The notes: a model not told the origin generated them from the letters alone. 64,000 nt of DNA from Octopus sinensis (GCF_006345805.1 NC_042998.1:72230001-72294000), one strand, 5' to 3'; positions 13,701-26,879 are shown, counted from the first letter of the stretch. Translations and numbers: made by a program.

Positions 13701-14975
13701 CGAAAGGTAAGCGCTAAAGCTGCCCGTATAACAAGTTATGGAAAGCGCGTTAGATTCTTCAAGGTCAACAACATGTTAAAAAATAACCCCAAAAATGTTT
13801 ACAGAAAGATAGGGAAAATACCAGTTACAGGAAAGCCTGTACAATCAAAAGAAATGCAAGAAGTTTGGAATAAAATTTGGGCAGAAGTAAAAAAAAACAC
13901 AATGAAAAGATCCCTTGGTTTGGTAGAAGATGTACAAAATTAGACTCCTTAGAAGAGCAAAAGTGGGAGTGTATCAAATTAGAGCACGAAAGAAGGTCAA
14001 GCAAATGGAAGTCTCCAGGAAAGGATAAAATTCTTAATTTCTGGTTGTATGCCTTCCCAAAGAGCCATGAACTGCTAACAAAATTTACAACAATGTTTTG
14101 CTACAAACTAATATGATTACCTCTTGGCTAGTTAATGGTGTAACATTCCTAGTTAAAAAACATGAAGAAACAAATAAACAAAAAATATAGACCCATAACC
14201 TGCTTAACAACAATGTATAAAATTTTAAAATGTCTTGACTGAACATACCTATAGTTTTTGTTTTTTTTAATAGAAAGTGGCATATTTCCTAATGAGCACA
14301 AAATATATGGGTGAAAATTTCATCTACTCATCAATAAGATGATCTCGGAAGAACGTCATACACGACAAAAAAACTTATCGAGAGCCTGGTTAGACTATTA
14401 AGAAATGCCTGGACATGTATAAAATAGCACCTGCTCTACAAAAATTCTCGTCTGTAAATATGAAGTCATGGAAAACCACACTGACTTTGGACAGCGATAA
14501 CGCATCTCAATGCTGGCAATGTAAGAATTTCATATGTCATTTTGTAGAGTGACACTCTATCAACACTCCTCCTTTGTCTATCCATAACGCCTCTCCTGAT
14601 GTTGCTCGATGATGTACAATACGGCTATAAAATGTTTGATAGAAAATATAAATAATCTCATGAATGATTTAAAGCTCATTGGAAAAAAATGACCCAAAAC
14701 TACAGGACTTACTATCAATTTTTAAACAATTCAGGGACGACATGAGGATGCAATTCGCCCTCGATAAGTGTGCAAAATGACGGAAACATGAAATGTTAGA
14801 TCTGCCCAGCAGAATTTCATAAAGGAGTTACAAGTGCGGAGAGATACAAATACTTAGGGTATGTGAATGAGAAGGAATAAAACATTCAGTGATGAGCGAA
14901 AGTATCAGAAGGGAACGTCATCGAGGGTAAGTTCAATACTCAAGACAGAGCTGAATGCATGAATCAGGATCGAAT
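10728..14975 (+). mobile_element. R4/Dong-type LINE family B, copy 1: long 5' region plus N-terminal and RT remnants, 3'-truncated, interrupted by a mariner
   Basis: Colinear in reverse complement with 18921-21500. Readings NKLANVSRNIMKKKF, IEWLKSKETSMNER, KWKSPGKDKILNFWL, YRPITCLTTMYKI, FALDKCAK and RYKYLG. No RLE part present. Confidence 0.88.
10872..12152 (-). mobile_element. Full-length mariner (irritans/Himar-like, DD34D) with frameshifted transposase
   Basis: 1281 bp; 32-bp TIRs CGAGGGGCGTTCAATAAGTAATGCC(C/T)CTGACC with one mismatch; TA on both flanks. Transposase runs from 11961 to ~10945 with KVSARWIPRLL, ITHDETW, LLQDNAP and a frameshifted PDL.PSDFHLF; two frameshifts and a late stop. 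Confidence 0.97.
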
Positions 14976-16215
14976 GTTATGTGGTATGTATCAACTTTTC
15001 CTCTGTACACTCTCCATGTAGGTTTTGGAGAATCTCTTCTGATCTATTCTGAATAACGTATTCTGCTGCTAACCCTTCGTAAATTATCTTGGTCGTAACT
15101 TATCTTTGCTTTCTTTGCAACGAGGCATCATTTCAGTTTATCCATTACCACTTTCAGGCCTTTCGATATTCAGACAGTTCAATGCCTTGTATTTCTGTTC
15201 GCTTTTAAGTTCTCCATTTTCTTTTCGGTCTAACACAGTAATGTCTTTCGGGAGCATATTTAACTCCGCCTTTATTCTTCTTTTCCACCATGGAACTTTT
15301 CTTTTGTTACTCCCATTATATTTCTTTTTCTTCACATCGACACCCACATTTTCTGCAACAACAATACTTCCTTCTTTGATCAAATTACTGTTTCTGTGAT
15401 GTTTTTTGCTCTGACGTATTTCAGAAGTTCGTTCACATATTTCGCCTCTTGGTTCAGATGCCACCGATCAACATTTTAATGGCTGCAAATAACGTCACTA
15501 TCGTTCTCCTGTAGTCTTGTGTTCATTTTGTCGTAGATTGCCTTTTGCCCACCTGTCATGTCACCATTAGTTTTATCATCTTCTTCGAAATCATCTATAT
15601 GTCTTTCATTGAGCATGCTATCACTGTTCCTTTCCTGTGGTTTATTAGAGTTTTCACATCGGTTTTCGGCTATGAGATTACTTTTACCGGTAGGGACAAT
15701 ATTTTCATCGTTTCCTCTGCTGCTGTTTTCCAATACCTGTCGGTTGATAGCTTCGGTCTCTACTTTCGTGAACCAACGATTTTTGTCTTGTTGTTCTAAC
15801 TTGATCACATAATCTCTGTTCAGTGAGTTGAAACAATCCTCTTTCTCTCCATTGATCATAGATATTTTGTCGGTATCCCCAAAGATGAACACCATTTCTG
15901 TCTACGGGGTTGTTCAGGTAGCAACATTCCATGACCACAGCATTGATTTGTTTGTTCCATCTACGCTGTGTCTGCTGGTTCCTTCCTGCATAAACACAGG
16001 CTGGATTCGGACCAGCATCCCTGAGCCTGCCGGGTGTAACACTGTCACCATGAAAGACTTCAGTTTCCTTACCACCGTTATTCAAAATATTCTGTTTTTT
16101 CATTGTCACTCATTTGAGGGAGCGATTATCAGGTTGCGCAATTACCACTGTCTATATTGTGACACAATCTCTAGATGTATAAGCAATCAGAGCATAGGGA
16201 GATTCCAACCGCTTC
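14976..16215 (-). mobile_element. 5' part of a third RLE-LINE family (family C), lacking RT and RLE
   Basis: N-terminal motifs RRWNKQINAVVMECCYL..GYRQ..WRERG..LTEQRLCDQ, KVPWWKRRIKAEL and QQN.LFRIDQKRF. The 5' end starts right after AATAATAATAA on the minus strand. Confidence 0.8.
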
Positions 16216-16734
16216 CTTTATTATTATTACTATAATCACTGATATTACTATTTTCATATTTTCCACTACTATTTGCTATTGTTAACATTTCCTCTGATCC
16301 GACATGAGTTTGAGCTAAGTTATTATTATTATCATTATTATCTCCATCACCATTATTACCATCATTATTATTAAAAGTTATTATTGAATGTTGTTTAGTT
16401 CCAACTTTTGTCTTGTACTTGAGATGATCATAAATATGTGAGAGTTGAAGGGAATAGTATGAACAAGATAGGCAGTTTGGGGAATAGATAAAGTTCCACG
16501 GGTCTTTAAATAGATTCGGCCGATGATGAAAAGATCAGCAATGAGCATTCCTGTGGGATAAGGAAACAAAAGCAGCCTCACACTCTAGAGGTCAGCAGAA
16601 GTCAAATGTGTATACTACTACTAACGATCAACGAGAGCGCTGGCCTTGGCTTTCAAAAGAACGTAGTCACATTGTTCAATTTTTAATTATTAATAGGAAA
16701 AATAATTATATATACTAAAGTTCATCTCATTATT

Positions 16735-16799
16735 AATATTCTTCTTCTTCTTCTTCTTCTTCTTCTTCTTCTTCTTCTCTTCTTCTTCTTCTTCTTCTT

Positions 16800-16860
<61 letters not shown>

Positions 16861-16872
16861 GTAGTAGTAGTA

Positions 16873-16910
<38 letters not shown>
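16735..16910. repeat. Compound (CTT)n-(ATT)n-(AGT)n microsatellite
   Basis: Read directly; forms the 3' flank of the LINE fragment at 16911-17371. Confidence 0.98.
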
Positions 16911-17371
16911 ATACTAGTTTTATTTTTATAACGTGCTTTCACATCACTACCAAGCGCAGTTCTGTGTGCCTTGGTTATGTGCTGTGGTTTGTTATGATGC
17001 TCTTATGGTTACTGTATTGAAAGGGTTTTGCGTAGGATGTGTGCAGTGCCCATTAGTGCAATTTTCTGTATGTTATATATACTTGTAAGACCTGGTGTTT
17101 TTGTTATGCATTTGTCTGAATATTTTTTTATCATACCTATTGCGCCTACTATGATAGGAATTGTTTCTGTTTTAAGATTCCACATTCGATTTACCTCTAT
17201 TTCCAGGTTTTTGGTTTTTGAAAGTTTCTCCATTTCTTTCATAGGAACGTTGTCATCAGCTGGTATTGATGCATCAATTATAAAGCTTTTTTTCTTCATG
17301 ATCTCTGACAACTATATCTGGCCTATTTCCTTAATTTCTCTGTGTGAATTGGTATATCGCAGAGTATGGTT
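16911..17371 (-). mobile_element. 5'-truncated RLE plus 3' UTR of a family-A-like LINE
   Basis: ORF 17311-17009 (FIIDASIPAD..EKLSK..LEIEVNRMW..IPIIVGAIG..QKIALMGTAHILRKTL). The 3' UTR aligns by eye with 4395-4490. Confidence 0.92.
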
Positions 17372-17389
17372 GCCACGTCATCATCATCC

Positions 17390-18825
17390 TCATCAAATTC
17401 TACTCAGGATGTCAAGGCATTGCAAGAACGGTCCTGATATATTTTGTCATGTCTCTGGTTCGTTTACCACAAATGCTCAGCAACGTGTCGTCACAAGTGA
17501 AATCAAGATCTAGCTATTATACTTTGGCTGCTCTCCCGGGGATCAAGAGAAGAGTTGGGCCACGCTCATCACCTACTCAGTTTGTTCAAATGGACTAAAG
17601 AATTGGCTAAATATGAGGAAGAGAGCAATGACGTTTGCAATACCTATGATATAGAGAGAGCCAAAGGATCATTTCTTGGACTGTTATTTCTGTAGCGTTA
17701 ATGTATGTGGGTTTACTGTAAAGACCAAGAATAAGATAGTGTATTCCAGCTTGGAATCAGCAAGAAAACCAGTACCACACAACGATGATGATCTTCCTGT
17801 TCCAATACCCCCAGAGAATGACCTTCAGAAGTCTGACGAAGGTGTATTTCCTGAAGAAAATACTACTGCTGTGGAAGGCACTGAAGTGGATGCAGATTTC
17901 ACGATTGAAAATGAAGACGTACCACAGAAATTTTCTCAAGGAAAGTTAAAAGATTTAGTTAGAGACTTGTCATTGTCGAAGGATAAAGCTGAACTATTAG
18001 TATCTCGCCTACAAGAAAAGTGTCTGCTTAAGAAAGATGTTTGTATTACTCGTTTCAGGAAGAGAAATAGGGACTTCATGCTTCTCTGTTGATGGACCAC
18101 TTTGTTTCACTAATAACACTGATGAGTTATTTTGCTCTTTGTTCAAGAGCATGTCGCAGCTGAATTGCGCTTATTCATTGATTCATCTAAGAAAAGTCTC
18201 AAGGCAGTTCTACTACACAGTGGCAATAAGAAACCATCCATTCCCATAGGACATTCAGTGCACATGAAGGAATGAACTGGATGAGATTGAGCTTAAAGCC
18301 TGGGAATCCTTCAAATGGCTCAGTGAAAATTTCATAGGCAACAAAAGATCTCTAGAGTTTAGAAATGGAGTGAAATGTCTTCTAGACTCCTAAACTGCAA
18401 TAGGCTGTCGGATGTCCCTAAAATTCCATTTCCTTGATTCATATCTGGACTTTTTTGCAGAGAAACTTGGAGCAGTGTCTGATGAGCGAGGGGAACACTT
18501 TCATCAAGATATTGCCCCGATGGAACAACGATATCAAGGATTTTGGAATGCGGGAATATGCCTTTGAGTGTATTCTAACTTATTTGTTTACAATAATTTT
18601 AATTTTGTACAAGAAAAAGCCATGAAATTATCGTATCTTATATTCAATATACTTCATATAGACATGCTTTATGTATCCTATAAGTTAAAACAGCAGCTAT
18701 CATTAACGTGAACATGTGAACTGATAGAAGAAATCGGACTTCTGATTCGTAATCTGCATCAAGAATTAACCCAGAAAAGTCAATCAGTAACTCTGATGGT
18801 TAAAAAAGTTCCATTTTGTTGATCA
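17390..18825 (+). mobile_element. Internally deleted Chapaev3/CMC-like DNA transposon remnant
   Basis: Frameshifted motifs CKNGPDIFCH, GDQEK.W, FAIPMI.REPKDH..DCYFC, LKDLVRDLSLSKDKAELLVSRL, FIDSSKKSLKAVLLH, GCRMSLK.H, AVSDE.GE.FHQDI..MEQRYQG. The central core is missing. Family assignment is from recalled motifs; the right end TTTTGTTGATCA is cut by a LINE tail. Confidence 0.7.
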
Positions 18826-18929
18826 TATTCAGTAGTTTTATTTCTATGGCGTGCTTTCATTTCACTACCGAGCGCAGCTATGTGTGCCTTGGGTATGTTC
18901 TGTGGTGCACAGTGATGCTATTATGGTTA
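18826..18929 (-). mobile_element. Isolated ~100-bp LINE 3' UTR (family-A-like)
   Basis: Matches 16915-17011 and 4395-4490 (..CCAAGGCACAC...GTAGTGA..TGAAAGCACG...AAAACTA). Confidence 0.85.
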
Positions 18930-21550
18930 GACAAAAGAGGAGTGATGCTAGGGAGACAACCTGGAAACTTTCACATGAAATTCTTACAACACAACCATTA
19001 AATGTTCAATGCCTCTGTGAAAAGTCAGTGTGGTTCCCCATGATCTCATACTTACCGAGAATATTTTTCGCAGACTAGAATCTATATTATACATTTCAAA
19101 ACATTTCTTAATCGAGTTATGTGGTAGGTTATCGTCAAGTTTTTGTGTCGGTTGTGACAATCTGCCAAGATCATCTTATTAATGTTTGGCTATTTTTAAA
19201 CCTAGGCATTTACATCCATTTTGCTCATTAGGGAATATGACACCTTCTATTAAAACTATAGGCATGTTGAGTCATTAGCATTTTACAGATTGTTGTTAGG
19301 CAGATTATGGTTCTATAAATTTTCTCTCATTTGTTTCTTCATTTTCTGGAAGTACGAATGTTACACCATTAACTAGTCAAGGGAGAATCATACCAGGTTG
19401 TTGAAAAACATTGTTGCAAAGTTTTCCTAGCAGTTCATGGCTCTCTGGGAAGGCATTCAAACAGAGGTAGGGAATTTTATCCTTTCCTGGAGACTTCCAT
19501 TTACTTGACTTCCTGAGAGCAGATATTTCATCCTTTACCTTGATACACTCCCACTTTTACTCTTCTAAGGAGTCTAAGCCTGTAGATGTTCTATCACACC
19601 GTTGTGTATTTTTTGTCTGCCCAAATTTTATTCCAAATTTCCTGCATTTTCATGGTACAGACTTTACTGTAACTGGCATTTTCCCTATTTTTCTGTAAAC
19701 ATTTTTTGGGTTGTTTTTTAATATGTTGTCCTTGAAGAATCTAATGCGCTTTTCATACCTTTCTAAGCGGCCAGCTTTAGCACATACCTTTTGCTTGAAT
19801 TTTTCTATGGTGGTATCGATGTGAAATATGTTTTTTATATTATATATTTTCGGGATTTTGTTGGTTTGATATTCTTGTCAAACTTAATGTTTTTTAAACA
19901 TCCCATGTCACACCTAAGTAGCTTAATTTTGTGCTGAATACGCTCTTTCCAAGTAGGCGTTTTGTGGGAATATTGTCGTATTCTAATCGTTTCATCAGAT
20001 AGAATCGCTGAGATTTTCACGGATGAATAGCACAGGTGGTTGAGATATGTAATATAAATATCATTGGCTGAAATGATATCCTTAAGTGCAAGGCGGATTT
20101 TACCAATTATTTTTATGTTTCGTATATATCTACGAATTTTTGGGAGAGTGACACGTTCATTCATACTGATCTCTTTCATTTTCAGCCATTCAATCATGAT
20201 TTAAGTTTTTAGATCATATAGTTCTGTTGGGTCAATTTCGGTGTAGCTTTCTTCATCTAATTGATTTTCACCTGCCATAGTGTTTGTGTTTGGTTCAAAG
20301 TTTAGTTTGTTTCACTTTGTTTATCATTTACGTTATCACTTTCAATCATTATTGCATTTTCATCAGCCCTAGGCCGTTCTATAATTATCTCTTCTGCAGT
20401 ATCTTCTTTAGCTGCAGCTTTGTTTCTTTTATTCCTTAGTGATTGCTTAATTTGGTTAATCTCGGATTCAGTTAGAAATTTCTTTTTCATAATATTTCGT
20501 CTGACGTTGGCGAGTTTGTTTTGTCTATGTAGGGTGTTCAAGCTGTTTCTATCTCTAGTTTATCTGTCAGGATAGAAGGCCGCCATAGCTCCTTTATTAT
20601 TTCTACTAGACCATTTGTCATTGTTTTTCTTCTGATAATATGATGATGAGTATTGATAGCTATCTGTTGAAATATTCTGCTTGTGGTGTAATTCCAGCTC
20701 TTGTGTTTCGTGAAGGTTTGAACCAGTAGCTGATATTGCGCATAGAATCTGGTTCATCGTCCGAGTACATGGCACTTGGTGTTACGCGTGAAGACGAATT
20801 CGGTTTGTATTTTGCTTTGTTATCTCTGAGGCATGCCGAGCTTGAAGGTTGACATTAGGGGACGGATCTGTCTGTTGTGTTGAGGGTTAATTATTTTGAA
20901 ACAACACCGCCTCAGTGTTCTCTGCAATTAAACATTGCTCGAACGCAGCTTCTTAAGGCTAACAGGTCTATATTCGTCTCTAATAGTTTTGTTGATAAAT
21001 TTATCTCCGGGCATAGTATTTTTGCGTGGTGGTTTAAACTTATGAATTGTTCACTCTGTGTTAGTTCAAAACATTAAAAAAATAACTAGTTTTGTTTTGT
21101 ATTTCTTTTGCTTTTGCTTCGTTTGAGACACGTGTTTTGTTATGCATGTATGTGTGACCTGTAAATTACACGTAGTTGTGTAAACATTGAGATGTATGTG
21201 TTGCCTTATGGGTATTAAAATGTATATATGATAGTGTAGACATTCGGCTATATGCGTAAATACTGAATTTATGTACTTACTGCTTTGTTCCATTTATATT
21301 CTATAATTTGTAAACTTTCCGGTGTTGATTTCCCACGTGTGTTTCGCATATGTTTCACTGAGGCATCGCGTATAGGAGAAACTGCGTTTTGTATGGTAGT
21401 AAAATTTCGTTTTTGTGATTACTTTCGTTAAATGACCGCTGCGTTCAAGTCTTCCACATGTACCTTTATCCCATTCCACCAATATTTTTAGATTAGATTT
21501 GTTTCTGCACGGAGAGTTCGGTGTAGCACATCCATGTTGTTTTTTCAGCG
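18921..21550 (-). mobile_element. R4/Dong-type LINE family B, copy 2: uninterrupted 5' region, N-terminus and first half of RT
   Basis: ORFs 20775-20560, 20541-20302 and 20197-19835 parallel copy 1. RT remnants continue to SLASLLFCLTI at ~18925, where the sequence switches to a 3' UTR. Confidence 0.88.
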
Positions 21551-21554
21551 CGGA

Positions 21555-21863
<309 letters not shown>

Positions 21864-24586
21864 TCAGAACGGATACGCATTAGTCTCTTACAATAAGACA
21901 AATAGATAGCCGTAGGGTATCTCTCAATGAGCATATCTGCTAATGAAACTTATGAGATAAAAATGATATAACGTATGCGACGCACATTCTTCTTAAACTG
22001 GTATCGCAATATACTAAACGAAATAATACATGGCTAACAGTAAGTAACATTGATGTTGATGCTTAAATATAATTCGTTGATCCATTGCAGTAAAATAAGT
22101 ATAGTTTGTGAGTAATACGGCGCTTGCAATGAAGTGTGGCTTATTGAGATCCAGTTGGGCAGTGTACGAAAAAGCAGCTGAGGGTTGACGCCTAGGCTTT
22201 AGCATTGTTGGCGGTTCCTTTTCTCAACGAATGTGCCACTGGATTTACAACCTTACGAGTATTATCGACTAATTTGTATACTAGTGAGTGAAACAGATGT
22301 TTACCTGGGCACTTAAAAATCGAGAGGGAATAAAAGGTTACAAATTGGGATACAAATACCTGTGAACCTGCGCCGGGTTGAGGCAGTATCTTATGTTGAA
22401 CTGACAGACTGGTGAAATTTTATTGGTTCATTGCTCGAACCCGTCCTACAATTCATAACTTCATGTCTCGTCACGTGTAATAATTGATCAAATAGGTCAG
22501 ATTAGTATGTGTGGACTCTCGTTTCTTGTAAGAAGATATCTTTCGTCGTTCGACGGAATAGTCATTTGATTCCAACATCCAGACCATAGGACTCCAGAAT
22601 GCTCTCGTGCATGATGTGCAGAAACCAGTTAACACTCATCACATGCAGATATTTCTAAGACACTGCAACAATGATAATCGGTCAACGGTATGTGATTCTC
22701 ATTCATTCTGAGATGATTTTTCCCATTTTTTTTATTTTGTGCTTTGAATGTTACTGCATTTCTTCTCAGTATCAGATGCACAGACAGGGAACTGAGAGTT
22801 AATGCCGGGCATAGTAATGAGTGTGAGTGAGGACGGCTTATGAATGATTCCGGACATCGCGGATGGCAAGCAGTCTGCTCTTTTCTGAAGGGATTTCTGA
22901 ACAGGAGTTATAGAACATTTTGAAAAGTCTTTAGTTTGTGTATACCATAACTATAATTTGCCTTGTGACGAACAGTCCTGTGCCCAGGTAAGCACCATCT
23001 GAGAACAATCTAAATTACATATAGAGACATGAAACTTAAAACTACATGCATCCATCATTGGGCATGCATTCTGGAATAATTTAGCTGTGACTTAAATATC
23101 TTACTACGTGTAGCAGGTATACACCAATCAGCCGAATTTATCATGAAGTACGGAATACCGTTTAATCTTGGTCGTTCTGGTAAAGATTGGTGTGTGGCAG
23201 ATTCAATTTAAAGTTCCAGGACAAGAGTCAATAACTAATGAAGACGTTAGGGATTGCGTATAAGGCACTTTCATTCAAAGATTATTAGCTAATAGCTGTT
23301 ACGTTTCTTTCTAACATGTTAGCTGATTTGACATTGTATTGTCATTTGATGTATGGCATTAACAAGTCGCTTGAAAATAACAATAACCTTCATTTGAGTT
23401 ACGTCGTGCAATAAAAATGTGCAGAATATTTCACTCCATTCATATAAAATTGTCAATGCGGGGTGTCACAGTACTATTTAAACAGTGTACTCTGCAAAGA
23501 TACTTAATGAGGATATTGTTTAATTCAGTCTGATTACCAAAAATCTATTTTGATTTATTCAAGCATAAATCTTTCCTTTGATTACCAACAGCAGGAAACT
23601 ATTCAACGTATTCCAAAAGCAAGCAATCGTCTAACAACCTTCATTTAGCTGCTTAATTTAATTATCTGTAAGTAAATGTCTTAGATGTGAACATAAATCA
23701 ATCAATTAAAGCAAAATTCTGTTCATAAGATTGCAAATGTGACTGTCAGACTTAGAGTCAGTACTTCACATATCATAGAACAGAGTTAGAGTATAATTTT
23801 CGTTAAACAATCAAAAGATTCATGTTTAGTTACACTTGAACTGAAATGAAAAAAGAAAACCAAAAATAAAATCAATATACATGGTGTATAATCAAAGATG
23901 AATGTCGGCAGAATTTCTGATAAATACCAAGAAAATTATGGGTATTATATTCACTATCTGGAGAATATAGAGACACGTTTATCCCTATGCAGTTCCAAAT
24001 ATTTGCTTGAATCTATGCATTAATATGAGTGGCTTAATTATAGTTTAGGTAGATATTAACATGTTACGATTTCCTTAATGACTAATGACCAGAAAGTTTG
24101 AATGTATTACGGAATATGTATATGTTGGACATATATCCTTATATTAGAGATAAATTAATTCCCATTCACTTCGGGATAGGTTAACTATTGACCGGTTGCA
24201 TGCGTGGAGAAGCTTGCTACGGAATTTTATTTGGATATATTTGGGATACGTATATGTATTTATGTCGTTGTGTCTGCTTTTCTGTGGTTATGTGTAAGTA
24301 TTCCATTTATTTTCCATTTCTACTGTGATGAAGGAAAACCCCTTTGGGATTAATCCAGAAATTGGGCCGATAGAGGATAGCTAAATGTTTTGGTTTACTT
24401 CCGCCTTTTCGACACGCCTGGAAATAATAACAGTGAAAATATTTTATCATAGTTAGACAATTTGGCATCAATTTTAGCGGATTGGCAAAGTTTATTTTCT
24501 TTGTCCTTAAGTGGTTAACCTAGTCTGAAATGAATGGCAATTAATTTACACACACACACATATACATACACACACACATGTATATA

Positions 24587-24639
<53 letters not shown>

Positions 24640-24712
24640 ATATATATGCAGAGATCGAAGTGTATGTACGTTGCTATTTGTAAATAGATAAAGGATACAG
24701 ATACAAAAAAGG

Positions 24713-24855
24713 GAAAAAACAAGGACGGGTCATTCGGAATTTTCTTTGGCCAGTCGACTTCCAGATTAACTTTGCAGTAGCCAGCGGAAACTGCAAAGAT
24801 AATCCGGAACTCGACTGACGAAAGTAAACTTTGAATGAACCGTCTCTGTTTTTTC
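24713..24855. repeat. Ungapped imperfect palindrome, 66-bp arms and 11-nt loop
   Basis: Arms 24713-24778 and 24790-24855; hand count 54 Watson-Crick pairs, 3 G-T and 9 mismatches. Confidence 0.9.
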
Positions 24856-24988
24856 TTGTCCCATGTTTCGTATTCTTTTTACATACATAAAACGGCGTAC
24901 GTATACTACGGTGTCTTATATGTAATATACACAAACACACGCACACATACATACACACATACATACATACATACATACACATACATAC

Positions 24989-25041
<53 letters not shown>

Positions 25042-25394
25042 AAATTTTGTACAACTCTCCTATTCTTTCATTCTTTCTTTCTTTCTATCAGCTCCTTCAC
25101 ACTTAATTCGTTCTTTCCACTCTTGTTTCTTTCTTACACCCTCGCTCACATTCCTGGTCTTCCCTTCGTTCTCACCTTCCCTCCTCTTTCACTTCACTCT
25201 TACCCTTTTCTTTTTTCTCGTCACTTCCTAATTCTTCTATTCCTCTGCATTTGGTCAAGCCTGGCCTTTCCTTTTGGGTTCGTGTACAATTTTACAATTT
25301 TACAATATTGAAGTAAGGTACTATTTTCATGTGTAAGGCAATTATCAAGTTTATATAGTGACAGTCGTGTTGCACATTTAACAGCTGATACTAC

Positions 25395-25436
25395 ATAAAT
25401 CTGATGAATGCGCAACGCATGAAAGTACTAATATAT
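25395..25436 (+). ncRNA. Minimal type I hammerhead ribozyme motif
   Basis: CTGATGA 25401-25407; stem II ATGCG/CGCAT; GAAA 25421-25424; palindromic AGTACT stem III; CUA triplet; stem I with 5 of 6 pairs. Confidence 0.7.
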
Positions 25437-25508
25437 TTCAACAGGGCAAAATTAAAAAATTGTAAAAATTGCAAATAATACGGGAAAAATCAGACTAATA
25501 TGACACAG

Positions 25509-26726
25509 ACATGACAGAAGAAAATATACAACCCATAAAACATCGTTTTATGTTTATTTTAACTGGAAAAGATATTTTTTCTTAACTGGCATCTTTATGT
25601 TTCAGGTTCTAGATGTAGTGTTTAATCTTGCAAAACCTTGGAACTCTTCAAATTTCAAAGAGCTCTATTCTGAATCAATCTGAAGGTGGACTTAGCCAGC
25701 GTAAAAGTGCAGAAAACCTCGGGATCCTATTTTCTACAGTTAATAGAGTGATTGTACAATTTACTAGATAGGGGTGGAAGTCCACATAACTTCTACTTGG
25801 TAGACTAGAGCCCTCTGGCAAGACCCTTCGCTTTGATAGGAGAAGTGTTGAGGATAATCCTCTTTGCAAGGCCTCTGACATAGCAGAACAAGCTGATGTC
25901 AGTCCCAGGACAGCTGTCAGGTCTCTCAAAAAACTTGGTTACTACGGCAAAAGGAAACCAGTTCTTCACGGAGAAATGATTGGCTAAATGGTATGGTGGA
26001 AAGGTCACTAGCATTTTGAGACACTGTCATATTACCTGATGAGCCCAGGATTGCTGTATTTTCTGACAGTGTTCGAGTGTGTTTCTGGAGAATACGTGAT
26101 CCTGAATTTGACGTGACAAGGTTGCAGTTAACAATGAAAAAGCAGTTAATCCGTGATGGTCCAGGATGCAATTTGGAACAAAGTTCAATCAGAGCTGGTG
26201 GAGTTTAAGATAAACATAACCTCAGATAGGTATGTGTCTATATTGCAGAAAGGACTATATTGCAGAAAGGACTCTAATATTCTCCAGTGGTGAAATAAAT
26301 AAAGAAGACTATTTATGGAAGATGGGGCTCCTTGCCATACAGCTAAAATGACGCAAGTTTTGTTGGAAGAGAATGACATTAAAAATTTTTCATGGTCAAG
26401 CCAGTCACGAGATAGGAACCCTATTGAAAAACCCCTGGTGGCGGGGCATAATGGACAGCACACTTCTTAAAAAGAGCAGGAAAGCATCCTCAAAGCCTGA
26501 TCTTTTCAGAATACTGCATGAAACCTGGCAAGAAATTCCTCAAAAGAATATTCGTTATCTGATCAGTAGCATGCCTAATAGGGTCCTTGATTTGAAAAAT
26601 GCAAAGGACATGTCTACTAAATATTAGATATTCAAAATATAATAATTCATAAATAATGTGAAAGTATAATTTCAGATTTAAATAAATTTTAGCGATTAGA
26701 AGGCTGTCTATTTACTTCTGTCATGT
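25509..26726 (+). mobile_element. Decayed Tc1-like (DD34E) transposon
   Basis: 25-bp TIR core ACATGACAGAAG(A/T)AAATA.ACA.CC at 25509-25533 and 26702-26726 (22/25). Transposase remnants GLSQRK.A..LGI..STV.R, DTVILPDE, EDGAPCHTAK, SQSRDRNPIE, LISSMPNRV. Confidence 0.9.
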
Positions 26727-26736
26727 TGGTCTGTCT

Positions 26737-26780
<44 letters not shown>

Positions 26781-26783
26781 ATA

Positions 26784-26822
<39 letters not shown>

Positions 26823-26879
26823 ATACAAGCGTATGGTTGTGAACGCTTGATTTTAATTTCTGCCACTGCAGATCTCCTG

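Noticed and set aside
22689-22986. GTATGT...TTCTCAG mini-intron followed by an exon ending CAG|GTAAGC, with an integrase-like NDSGHRG reading
   Set aside because: All three plus frames contain stops and the motif similarity is too short to support a call.
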